DNA of 64,000 bases. Origin: Lama glama. Lineage: Eukaryota. The notes beneath the pieces were generated by a model. The model worked only from the letters and a program-made list of their open reading frames with translations, was not told the DNA's origin and searched no databases. Of the stretch, positions 50,496-61,740 are shown in pieces. Both the position numbers and the translations under genes were made by a program. The stretch lies in NCBI GenBank assembly GCA_028534125.1, contig CM052816.1, forward strand, positions 93,932,001 to 93,996,000, given 5' to 3'. Within the stretch, counting starts at the first letter, position 1; each line of letters starts with the position of its first letter.

Positions 50496-52394
50496 GTATT
50501 CAGAGAAATAATTCCATGGCTTTTCCTATACACTTTACAGTCTGCGAAGTACAACCACAGGCACAAATGTAGATAAAAATCCTGTTCCTCTTTGAAATAT
50601 TTGTTGTGTTAGTATCTTTATACCTCAGCTGGCAATAAGTAACAGTGATCTCATGCAGACTCATCACTTTAGAGAAAATATATTTGGGTGGAATTAACTG
50701 AGAATAAGTCACTTTTCTATGTTAAAAGCAGACTTCGTTGTTCTGATTATTTTATGTAAAATTATGTTGCCCAAAGTCACCCCCAAGTTCCTGCAGTTTA
50801 TTAACCCACTGGCCACAATCTACTTTCAAAAGTTCATCTGTTCCATTCACTCTGAAAACATTCTCTTCTATCACTATTAAGTTTGACATTTGAATTTAAA
50901 ATGTCAATAAATTCAGAGACAAGAGCCTGCGAGCGACCAGAACATTTTATTTAAAAGAAATGGAGATATTGTCACTTTGAGGTTTTGTTAACGTTTTGTA
51001 AAACAACAAATAAGAGCCTTTAAGGGCAATAATACATTAAAAAAATAATGTGGGCCTTGACAGTTTTATCTCATGACAGCTATCTACATCACAACCACAT
51101 AATACTCGTAAGTCAGCAGTGCAAATCTTTTTGTAGTTATGAGAAAACAAAAACGGCAGGCGTTCAGCATATATGCACCGTCTTTGAAAAGCAAACAGAT
51201 TAGTATCATCAATATGCAATCACGATGGAGGGACATGCTAATGCAATAGTCTTTTTTCCAAATATAACCTGTCAATAATGAGCCTTGCTAAAGTCCATCC
51301 TCTATGTTTCCATGGAAATCAGTTTAATTATGTTGTCTTTTACCTGATAGACACTTTTGTCATTCAATTTCATTCCCTTGGATCGATATGGCTCCAAATT
51401 AACATACATACATACTTTCTGGGTCACTGAATACTTTCTTCTGTGATTTTAAAAAAGAATTAGACTAACACCACTTCAAGCCAATGCCTTTTCACCAATG
51501 TTCCTAAAATGCTTCCCAAACTAAATGTTTTTGATAGTTTTATATTCAAATTGCGTGTTCCCATCTTCTGATGCCAAAATCTACCTTAGCGTTGAAACCA
51601 TTTATAATTATACTGCTAATTAGTAGTTTACACTAATATCCCTTTCATCTGAACAGTTTTAGTTACCTTATAAGCCCCCATTTACCCCAACTCCCGCTGA
51701 GATCAAGAGAGAGATGGCAATTGAAGGAGGATTTAAATTAGTAAAAATAATTTGCCAAGCTTTTGACAATATAAACACCTACTTCCTCCACTGTCTGATT
51801 ATTGATGTTCAAATCCACTAGTTTTTATTATGATATGATGTTTTATTCTAAAATGACAAACTCTCATGTTTAAGAAGCCAGTGTTGTTCTTACTTAAGAC
51901 CCAGACCTCTGTTTACCAAGGACTGTGATTCTGACCCCACTGATTAATCTGATTAATCTGCAGGGCCATATTTTATCCTAAATATTTTGAGTAAATATGA
52001 TTTGAGTCAATGGGAAGTCAAGAAGTCTTCATATATGAGATAGAATAATGTAGGTTTTTGAAAAAGTCCATTTTGTTTGTGCTAAATATGGAGATAACAC
52101 AATCTATATAAATATAAAATAAAAATCAACCTAACAAAACCAAGAAGAAATAATCACTGTTAACAAATCTGTGTGATATATTATAGATACATCTATACCC
52201 ATTAATATTTGTATATTTTAACATAAATCAAAATAGCCTGTGTGGTTTTGAGCCTGGTTTTCTGCTCCCTTAATACGTTAATGATACTGTTAACAGCTTA
52301 CTTCCTCTCCGCATAGCAATCCTCTTCTTTCTTCTTTTTACCTATCTTGGGCTTCATCAGATTTTCATCATTAAAACCTACTTTCTTTCAAGTA

Positions 52395-53264
52395 CCCAGT
52401 AATGGCCGCCAAAGTCAAAAAGTCCCAATTCCTGTAAATGTAACTTTATTTGGAAAAGGGGATTTTGCCAATAAATTAATAGTCCTGAGGTGAGAAATTT
52501 ATCCTGAATTATCCAAGTAGGCCCTAAATGCAATGACAGGTTTGTTTGTTTTTTTTTTAATTTTTAATTTTTAACACCTTTATTGTGGTATGGTTCCTAT
52601 ACAGTAAACTGCACGTATTTCAGATGTACAATTTGATGAATTTTGATAAATGTCTACACCTGTGAAACCAGCAGCACAATCAAGTTAGCTAACATTTCCA
52701 TTACTTCCCCAGAGTTGCGATTTTCAAATTCCCAATTTATCCCTTCCCACCTCTTTTCCCCCCTGGTAACCATAAGTTTGTTCTCTATGTCTGTCTTGTC
52801 TGTCTTGTAGATAAGTTCACTTGTCTCCCTTTTTTCAGATCCCACATATAAGCAATAACATATGGCATTTTGCTTTCTCTTTCTGGCCTACTTCACTCAG
52901 AATGACAATTGCCAGGTCCATCCATGTTCCTGCAAATGGCATTGTTTTATTCCTTTTTATGGCCGAGTAGTATTTTAATAAGAGAAATGTAGAAGGAGAC
53001 GTGATGCACACAGGGAAGATGTGAAGACAGAAGCAGAGATCAGAGTGATGCAGGCACAAGAAATAGCTGATGTCATGAGAGTCTGGAATTAGCAAGGAAG
53101 AGTTACTGCCTAGAGCCTCCAGAGGGGGCGGACCTGCCGAAACCTGGGTTACAGCCAGCTAAACTGATTTGCGACTTCTGGCCTCTAGAGCTATAAGAGA
53201 ATAATGCATGTTAAGCCACAAAGTTTGTAGTAATTTGTTACAGCAGCCACGGAAACCTAATGCA
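52395..53264 (+). mobile_element. MaLR solo LTR (MLT1C/D-like), split by an L1 insertion
   Basis: taactttatttggaaaagggg...ggccctaaatgcaatgacag, resuming aataagaga...ctagagcctccagaggg...acttctggcctctagagct...taatttgttacagcagcc. Confidence 0.9.
52541..52974 (-). mobile_element. L1 3' end inserted in the MLT1 LTR; appears composite
   Basis: PolyT, an L1MB-like terminus (52575-52712), then ctggtaaccataagtttgttctctatgtctg...cttcactcagaatgac...ccatccatgttcctgcaaatggca. Confidence 0.85.
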
Positions 53265-53602
53265 TACCTCCAACATTTCCCCTTTCTTCTTCTGTTCTTT
53301 GCACATTCAATACCCATCCTTAAGTGACCCAATGACATATGTGTCCTTTGTGAAGGCCCTTACGTAGCAGAATCCTGCTGGAAAAAGCCTTTAGTAGATC
53401 TGATTGGTGTTGTAAAACCTATCTTACCCATAATGGACCTTCAAAACTCCCTGGCCACTTTCTACTAACTCATTGCTTCCACATTGTCCCAGTAGCTTCC
53501 ATTTTAACATTATTCAGGCTTTACGTTACATTCTTTTCCGTTACAACATAGTGTATTATTCACCTCTAAAACAGGAGCATTTGCAAATAAAAAATAGCAT
53601 GA

Positions 53603-53658
53603 AGTCTCCAATTCCTCACTTCCAATTCAGTCTCCAATTCCTCACTTCCAATTCAGTC
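53603..53658. repeat. Perfect 26-bp tandem duplication (AGTCTCCAATTCCTCACTTCCAATTC x2)
   Basis: Identical copies at 53603-53628 and 53629-53654, plus AGTC. Confidence 0.95.
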
Positions 53659-54859
53659 CTCTTTATATACCAGTCTTATTTCTCTTTCCTCTATTTCATT
53701 GAAATTTCTTTTGCAAATGGCAATCCAATGGCATCGTCTTAAATCTAAAGACAATTTAAAGCGTTCTTCTCAGTGATGTGAAAATTATTTCTCATAAATT
53801 CAAAATAGCTTTCATGTAAGTTTAATTAAAAATACAGTTGAAGTCAGAGAAGACGTGGTTTCTCCGATTGTTTTGTTTTTGAGGAAAATTACAAGTATTC
53901 GAAAAGATCAGTGCTATTGCTTTTGGAAATACTACATATTGTAACAATATTTTAATTATTTAGAGAGAAAAGATAAGCAATAACTCTTGTATCCATTGTG
54001 TACCAGTTCAAAGAAATTAAGTGTGACCTGTATCTACTATGTTTTGTGGTGTCATGAAGTTAAGTTCCTGTATAATAAGCCTTTTAATTGAGAGAAAATT
54101 TCTGTAATATTGAAACACTTGCTATTTGTTTAAATAATTCAAAGGGCTCATTTTAAACCTGAATTATTAGTGTTTGTTTTAAAGGACTCGTTCACTAGAA
54201 TATTTATTTAACTGTGGAGTTTTTTCACTTAATGTTATTACCACATAGGTCGCAGGAGGTGAAATTTTTGCATACTCTCCTTTCAACTCCTTAATTAACC
54301 TGCAACCATGAGTTGAAAGAGCTAAGTACAAATAACTCCCTTAAAAGACATAATATACACTCTTAAAATGAGGAATATATCTAAGGCCATTGTGTTCTGG
54401 AAATTTACAATTTCATAAGCTAATAAGGAAGCCCGTAAGATTACTTTAAAAATGCAGTGCACACTTGAGCAGAATTTTACACACTCCTTAGCTGCTCTTG
54501 TCAAAAGGGCTAAAATTACATTAGAGAGTTAATGAAAAGCCCTTAATTCTGAGCTTACAGAGGTAAGGGAGTCAGCTGCTAACACCTGCCTTTAGGCAAA
54601 AAGATTTGAAGGATTTCAAAGAACAGTGAGTTTTCAAGAGTAAAAGGAGAAAATTTCAGACAAGCTTTGATTGGCGTATGTTCCTTTAGGATAAAATTAT
54701 TATTAGGGTTGGATCTTTTGAAAAGAGAGAAGTTTCTGATCATCTTTCAAGTCTATTTGGTATGTATTCTAGGTTCGCAACTTACTTGTAACTTACTGGA
54801 GCCTTTCCAGACTGCGTAGGGTAGTGTGGGTTTTCCCGTTTCAGTGGAAAGAATAGCTG

Positions 54860-56320
54860 AATACACTTCCTTTATCAGACACGTCTTTTGCAAATATTTT
54901 CTCCATATCTGGGCTTGCCTTTTTATTATAACAAACTCCTCACAGAAGAAATTTTTTAATTTTAATAAAATTCTACTTATCATTGTTTTATTGCATGGAA
55001 ATGTGCTTTCAGTATTATTTAAAAACTCAACACTAAACCCAAGATCCCAGATTTTCTTCTGTGTTATCATCCAGAGGTAGTATGGGGTTTTTTATTTTAT
55101 ATTATTTTAGGTCTATGATTGATTCTTTTTTTGAGTTAATTTTTATGAAAGGTATAAAAGCAATGTTTAAATTCTTTTCCATTTCAGATGGGTATCCCAT
55201 TTTCTCAGCACTGTTTACTGAAAGCCTACACTTTTCATTTGAATTGCCTTTACTCCTATGTCAAAGATCATTTGACTACATTTGTGTGGGTGTATTTCTG
55301 GGTTCTTGATTCTATTTCATGGATCTGTTTGCCTCTCTCTTTTTGCCAATACCATGCTGTTCTGCTATTGTAGCTTTATGCTGAGTCTTGAAGTTAGGTA
55401 GTGATGATCCTTCAATTTTGTTCTTCAATATCATGTTGCTGCTCTTTTTTTTGTTTACTAGTTCCTTTCTTTTTTTAGTATATTTTTACTGAAGTATAGT
55501 CAGTTTACAATGTTGAATCAATTTCTGGTGCACAGCACAATATTTCAGTCACATAGGAACATACGTATATTCATTTTCATATTCTCATGTTGCTCTCCTT
55601 GGTCTTTTCCCTGTCCGTGTAAACTTGAGATTCCGTGGTTTGTATGGTAAAGTAGCTTGTTGGGTTGTGGACTGAGACTGGTAGATTCTACATATCAACG
55701 TGGGAATAACTGACATCTTAAAAATATTAACTCTTCCACTCTATGATCAAGGGACATATTTACATCTGCTGTGATTTCTTTCATCCAAGTTTTGTAGTTT
55801 TCCTAACATAGGTGCTGTATACTTTTGTTAGATTTATACCTAAGTATTTTATTTTTTTGCTAATGTAAATGGTATTGTACTTTTAATTTCAAGTAACAAA
55901 TGTTCATTGCTAATATACAAGAAAGTGATTGACTTTAATACATCAACCTTGTATCTTAAAATCTTGCTGTAATTGTTCATTAGTTCCAGGAGTTTGTTTT
56001 TATCAATCTTTTTGTATATTCTACACAAACAATCATGCTACCTATACATAAATACAGTTTTATTTCTTTCTTTTTAATCTGTATAACTTTTCTTATTGCA
56101 TTAACCAGGACTTTAATTATGACATTGAATAGAAATGGTGAAAGGGGACATCTTTATCTTGTCCTTAATCTTAGGGAAAAAGTATACCATTAATTATGAT
56201 GTTGGATGCCAGTTTTATATAGATTCTCTTTATCTTGCTGAAGGAGTTTCTTTCTATTCCTGGTTTGCTGAGAGACTTTATCATTATTGGATGCTGGAAG
56301 TTGTCAGATGCTTTTTCTAC
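54860..56320 (-). mobile_element. L1 ORF2 region (L1M-type), antisense
   Basis: cctttatcagacacgtcttttgcaaatattttctcc...ttgccaataccatgctgt...tagatttatacctaagtatttt...aatagaaatggtgaaaggggacatc. Confidence 0.9.
55441..55584 (-). mobile_element. Short younger L1 3' end nested in the older L1, with a 10-bp TSD
   Basis: tttttactgaagtatagtcagtttacaatgttg...; TCATGTTGCT at 55431-55440 and again at 55585-55594. Confidence 0.9.
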
Positions 56321-56695
56321 CGTTGCCAAGTGGAGCTGAATTTTAGAAATTTGAGTGGATATTATTTGTATGAATATTTTGTCTTAAGTATTTGAGAAAT
56401 ACAAGGATGAATCCTTATTTTTAGAACATTATCAGATAATTAGTAAAATATTCTTACTAATATAATAAAAACTAAAATGATGAATGTGTATTTTATATAC
56501 TGGATTTGCCTTGTCATTATATGATGATTTTTTAAATTGTAAAATATAGACCAATTGTAAACCTCTTCTTTGAGGTGCAATAGACATATATGTGTTATTT
56601 GACCAAGAGATGAGTATTCTGTTTTTATATTTTCAGTGTGGGACACTGATCTTTTTAATGCTGGAGTGGAGGTTAATTCCACTCCAGTATTAGGA

Positions 56696-57195
56696 NNNNN
56701 NNNNNNNNNNNNNNNNNNNNNNNNNNNNNNNNNNNNNNNNNNNNNNNNNNNNNNNNNNNNNNNNNNNNNNNNNNNNNNNNNNNNNNNNNNNNNNNNNNNN
56801 NNNNNNNNNNNNNNNNNNNNNNNNNNNNNNNNNNNNNNNNNNNNNNNNNNNNNNNNNNNNNNNNNNNNNNNNNNNNNNNNNNNNNNNNNNNNNNNNNNNN
56901 NNNNNNNNNNNNNNNNNNNNNNNNNNNNNNNNNNNNNNNNNNNNNNNNNNNNNNNNNNNNNNNNNNNNNNNNNNNNNNNNNNNNNNNNNNNNNNNNNNNN
57001 NNNNNNNNNNNNNNNNNNNNNNNNNNNNNNNNNNNNNNNNNNNNNNNNNNNNNNNNNNNNNNNNNNNNNNNNNNNNNNNNNNNNNNNNNNNNNNNNNNNN
57101 NNNNNNNNNNNNNNNNNNNNNNNNNNNNNNNNNNNNNNNNNNNNNNNNNNNNNNNNNNNNNNNNNNNNNNNNNNNNNNNNNNNNNNNNNNNNNNN
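56696..57195. other. Assembly gap, exactly 500 N
   Basis: Directly visible. Confidence 1.
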
Positions 57196-59039
57196 GCTAC
57201 GCCCCCACGCCCATCGATTCTTCGCTGTTCTTTTCCACTGTTAATTTTACATTCAGTTATACTTGCAGTCTCAATATTGTGTAATCAGTTAAGCCCCAGA
57301 TACAATATTTCAGTTCTTTCAAATTTCCATTTCACAAGAGATGGAGTTAAGATCCAGAGAAGGTAGCACATGAATAGCAGAAAGGAGTGATGATCTTCCC
57401 GTCTTAACACTCATTTTAGATACTTTCTTACCTCTGCCCAGGGACCTGAAATCCCACGTTACCTCCGGGGAGGAAATCAGCCGATGTAGTGTTTACTACC
57501 GGGACTTCAAGCCTTGGCGTGAGTGGTGATGTGCAATCCTTCTCAGCCCAATCTTTTTAAGGCAGTGATCATTTTGTACCTCTCGGAAGGATAAACTTCG
57601 TGCTTCTTATAAAATTTTGCTAATAAGGCATAAAGAGAAAACAGAAACTCTTCTGTGAGTAAAACTACAGACATCTGGCCTTTTTACAATAGATTTATTT
57701 TCTCTGTTAGAATCCTTATGTCCTACTTAACTGCCACAGTTTAATTAATGACAGTCTGTGAGCTAGAATTAATTTATCTAGTAGCTGAAGTTTTAAAACA
57801 CTGCTGTATTTATTTAACGCCTTTATCCACCACAATGTAGACATTTAAAATATCATTCAGTGTGACAATCAATAATAATGTTAAAAGATGGACACTAAGC
57901 TTCATTTAATAACTTCAAGGTACTTTTAACTCAAATTTTATTTTTTTTAATAGGAATTAAGTGGTGTTTCTGGTACTCAGTTTCTCGAAATAATTTTAAT
58001 TGTACGTTTAAACTCAAAACCACAGTAAACTGTAGTTTTAACATTAACAACAGGCTTTTAGATGTGCAATAGGACTTGGAAAAGTCTTCCTTATAAAAGA
58101 ATGTGGCTATCTGAGAATAAGACATTTTTCCTGCGGGGGGTATTTTTAGTGTGGTTGGACTGAGCTGCCTGAATTTAATTCTCAAACTTATCATGGTTCT
58201 TGGGGGCCTGAATCTACCCTGAATAAACAAGTTAACGAAACAGAGAAAGCCAGAAGCCCCAGACGTAGCACAAAGTATCTCTGACTCTATAATAGATGAT
58301 TTTGGAAAAGGACCAGCTCATGCTTCCTCGTCTTCTTTTTCTTTTTCTTTTTGTTTCTGTTTCTGTTTCTTTTTCTTTCTCTCCCCAACCCCCTTCACTG
58401 CCCTTCTGGATACTTCAGGAGACAGGCTTACTTCACTCCTGCATTCGGCTGTAGGAGGAATTTAACTGCTGTGATCACGCACCATTAATTGCTGTGGAGG
58501 AAAACATGACTGGTCCACACTCATAATTATCCTGCAGGCAACGGATCTACTATTGTAATGATAGAATATCTCTTTCCACAACAATTGATGGAAATGACTC
58601 TGATGTCACCTGAGGAGCCACAAGATTTGTACCTAAAGGAGATACCTTTACATTTTGTTACATCACATAATATATGATTTAGTTGGATTGTATGGACGAA
58701 TCAATATCCCATACCCTTAGTCTCTGGCTAAAAAAGGAAAGCAAGTATTTTTCTGGCTGACTGGCTGTCTGAGACCAGTTTTTGATTTGTTAGCAGTGAA
58801 CCAGTGTAAGTAGCTTCATGTGAATAAGGGGAAATATAACATATTTTGAAGTGAACTTCCACATATCCAGCCAGCTGGGCTATTTTTGATAAAATGCTGT
58901 GAGTGGGAAAGGAAATCGATCAATCAATAGCTCTTTTTCTTTTTCCAAAAGCAGCTTAAAAGTGAGAATTATTTTCAAACATTTTTCTTATTTCTAAACT
59001 TTCTAGCCACAACAGAACGATATAGATTTACATCCTGAG

Positions 59040-59290
59040 TTATTAGCATAACATGTTAAGAACTCAGCCTCCAGAGTCAAAGCCCTCGTGTGGAATTCTG
59101 ATTCCATCTTCTATCAAAAAGATGTTCCCCATCAGTTTACCTAGATCCTTTGTTCTTCCATTTCCTTATTTATAACGGATAAAGGACAATATGACCACCA
59201 GTTTTGCAGGGTGATCATAAGGATCTGAAGAGATAACATAACTTAGAATAGTCGATGGCACACGGTAAATGATTTTCAAGGCGAGCTATG
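59040..59290 (+). mobile_element. MIR SINE
   Basis: gttaagaactcagcctccagagtcaaa...atttccttatttataac...acttagaatagtcgatggcacacggtaa. Confidence 0.75.
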
Positions 59291-60924
59291 GTTACTTTCC
59301 CTGAGAGCATTTGCCCCCACAAAGGCAGAGCAAGCATCATGTACACACAAAAAGCAAACTTCCTGAAATCATATAATAGAAAACTGCAAATTTCACTTGC
59401 ACCACAAATCCGGTGTCTGAAAATGGGAGCTTCTCTATCTTATCTCTGATTCATCTGGTTTTTCATCTGAGCTGACATGTACAGATTAGAAAAAAATAAA
59501 GTAAATATCCAAGTCAGTTTGCAGCTAGTCTTAGATGATTTTGTAAAAGTAATCTTTAGGAAAGCATCGATTTCTATGGAAGAAAGAATTCGTCCTCCAG
59601 GCTTTCTCTCCTCTCCCCCAAATAGATGCCAGGTCTGTGATGAGACCTGGCCCTGACTTGGTTCTCGACCTCATCTGTGCCTTGTTGGCATCTGCTTGTC
59701 CCCATAATGCTATCCCTCTGTCCCCTGATCTCTGCTTGCTCTCCTTGTTGTCTGGGCCGAAGCGTGAGCTGCTGGAACTCAGAGCCTGATTTCATCTCAA
59801 CCTGGGAAGAATCTGCTTGGGCACTGGCCACATCCTCCATCCCCCAGTCATCCAGCACCTTGACCTCTGACGTCTCCCCTGGGCTGCCTTGCCCACTAAT
59901 CCCACCACTCTAACCTCAAGGACTTTTCATCAAAGTAATCAGCAGCTCCCTGTTCTCCGGCCACATCGTTTGTTCTATGGCGGCTCCCTAGGTAGGTGGA
60001 GAGATGGAAAGACTGTTCCTCAATATGAATCCCTTATTCAATACTCACCGCTCCTTCCTCCAAGACTCTGACTGTTTAGGGACAGAGGGTACTGGGAGAC
60101 ATCCCTCTGAAGTCCTTTTCCCTCAAAACCAAGGGACACAGGAAAGGGCTGTTTCTTCCTACACTTCTCTCTGGATGACCGGGGGATGGAGGGTGTGGCC
60201 AGTGCCCAAGCGGAGTCTTCCCAGGTTGAGACGAAACCAGGCTTTACGTCTTCTCCTGCTCAAAAAACTGGCCTGTTCATCATAGGTCAGACTTTTTCTG
60301 CCAGAGAGTATGTGTGATTTTGCCTTTATTTTGAGCATTAAGGCTTTAGTCAATGAGTGCCTGTGGGGCTTATTCATCATAATTCAAAGGAAATAAGTGT
60401 AGATGACACAGTGTGTAGACAAACGGTTTGCAACACTATTTAACCTCACTAAATTGGAAAAAGACCTTATTTAGTAGTTAATGAATACATCTCTAAAATA
60501 ATTTTTTCATGATATGTCGCTATGTGATCTGAGGCATACAACTCTCAGAGAAAACTTAAAGAATGGAGATGCATTGCCAAACAACGTTTTTTTCTATTTC
60601 AGTCTATTATTTTATGTTCCAAATATTTTTCTGCATATATTTAAAATTAAATCAGAAATGAACATAAAGAGAAATAGAATCAATGCTAAATTTAGTCTCA
60701 TTTGAAAAATAAGTAAACTAAAATAGTAAATAGATGTATGAAGTGATTTTTAAAAGCTCCGTCTACCTCAATTAATAATGCATTCCAGTAACTCATTATT
60801 TTTGTATGTTTCATTGTTATGTTTCAAAGCTTGAAATATATTATGTTGTTTTATCACTTGTTTAAAAAAATTACAATATTAACCAAAGCCAGAAGAAAAT
60901 TAAAAACGAATCTTGACATTGCTG

Positions 60925-61062
60925 CTTTTAATAAGTGTGTTTGGGCAAGTAACTTCCCATCTAAAGTGAGGGGAACAATAAACCCTAAGTCATGGAGTAT
61001 AGACATCATGAGTTAACATATGTATTATATACATATTGGGACATAGTATGTGCTAATTAAAA
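60925..61062 (+). mobile_element. MIR SINE fragment
   Basis: tgtgtttgggcaagtaacttcccatctaaagtgagggg...atgagttaacatatgta...ggacatagtatgtgct. Confidence 0.6.
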
Positions 61063-61122
61063 ACAGTAGGCCATATTATCATTACTATAATTACATTGTT
61101 GTCATTAGCATAATTTGATAAA

Positions 61123-61740
61123 GTATGTTAGTTTTCCAGTGCTGTCATAACAAATTATCAGAGTTTGTTAGTGGTTTAACACAACTTAATTTATTATCAA
61201 CAGCTCTGTTCAGAATTTTATTACAAATCTGAACTGATTAAAATCCAGATGTTGGCAAGGCTTCCCTTCTGGAGGGTCTAAGGGCAACTCCACTTCCTAT
61301 GCTTATTTAGGTTGTTGACATAATTTAATTCCCTGTCCCTGTAGAACTGAGGTCTCTGTTTTCTGGCTGGTTGTCAGCTGAGGGCCATTTCCAGCTTCTT
61401 GAGACCATTAAATTAAATTCCTTGGTTTATGATCTGCCTTCTCCATCTTCAAGGCCGGCAATGGCAGCTGAATCTCACTCACACTTGGAATCTCTCTTCT
61501 TTTATTTTTCCTTCTGTTGCATCTTTCTCACCCAAGCTTCCACTTTTGTCTTTCATTTTTAAGGAAATTTTGATTGAATTTGGACCCCCTTGGATACTCC
61601 AGAATACGCTCCCATTTCAAGTTTATCCTTAATCACTTCTGCAGAGTTCTTTTTTTTTTACCACATAAGGTAACATATTCACAGGTTCTAGGAATTAGGG
61701 ACTGATATCTTCGGGGGTCTATTATTTTCCCTACCATATA
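61123..61740 (-). mobile_element. MaLR solo LTR (MLT1E-like)
   Basis: tgctgtcataacaaattatca...ctgtagaactgaggtc...ctccatcttcaaggcc...ccacataaggtaacatattcacaggttctagg. Confidence 0.88.

Noticed and set aside
51037..51275. Short minus-strand ORFs as coding exons
   Set aside because: No recognisable protein and no paired splice sites; better explained as non-coding regulatory sequence.
56636..57244. 202-aa ORF
   Set aside because: Artefact of translating through 500 N.
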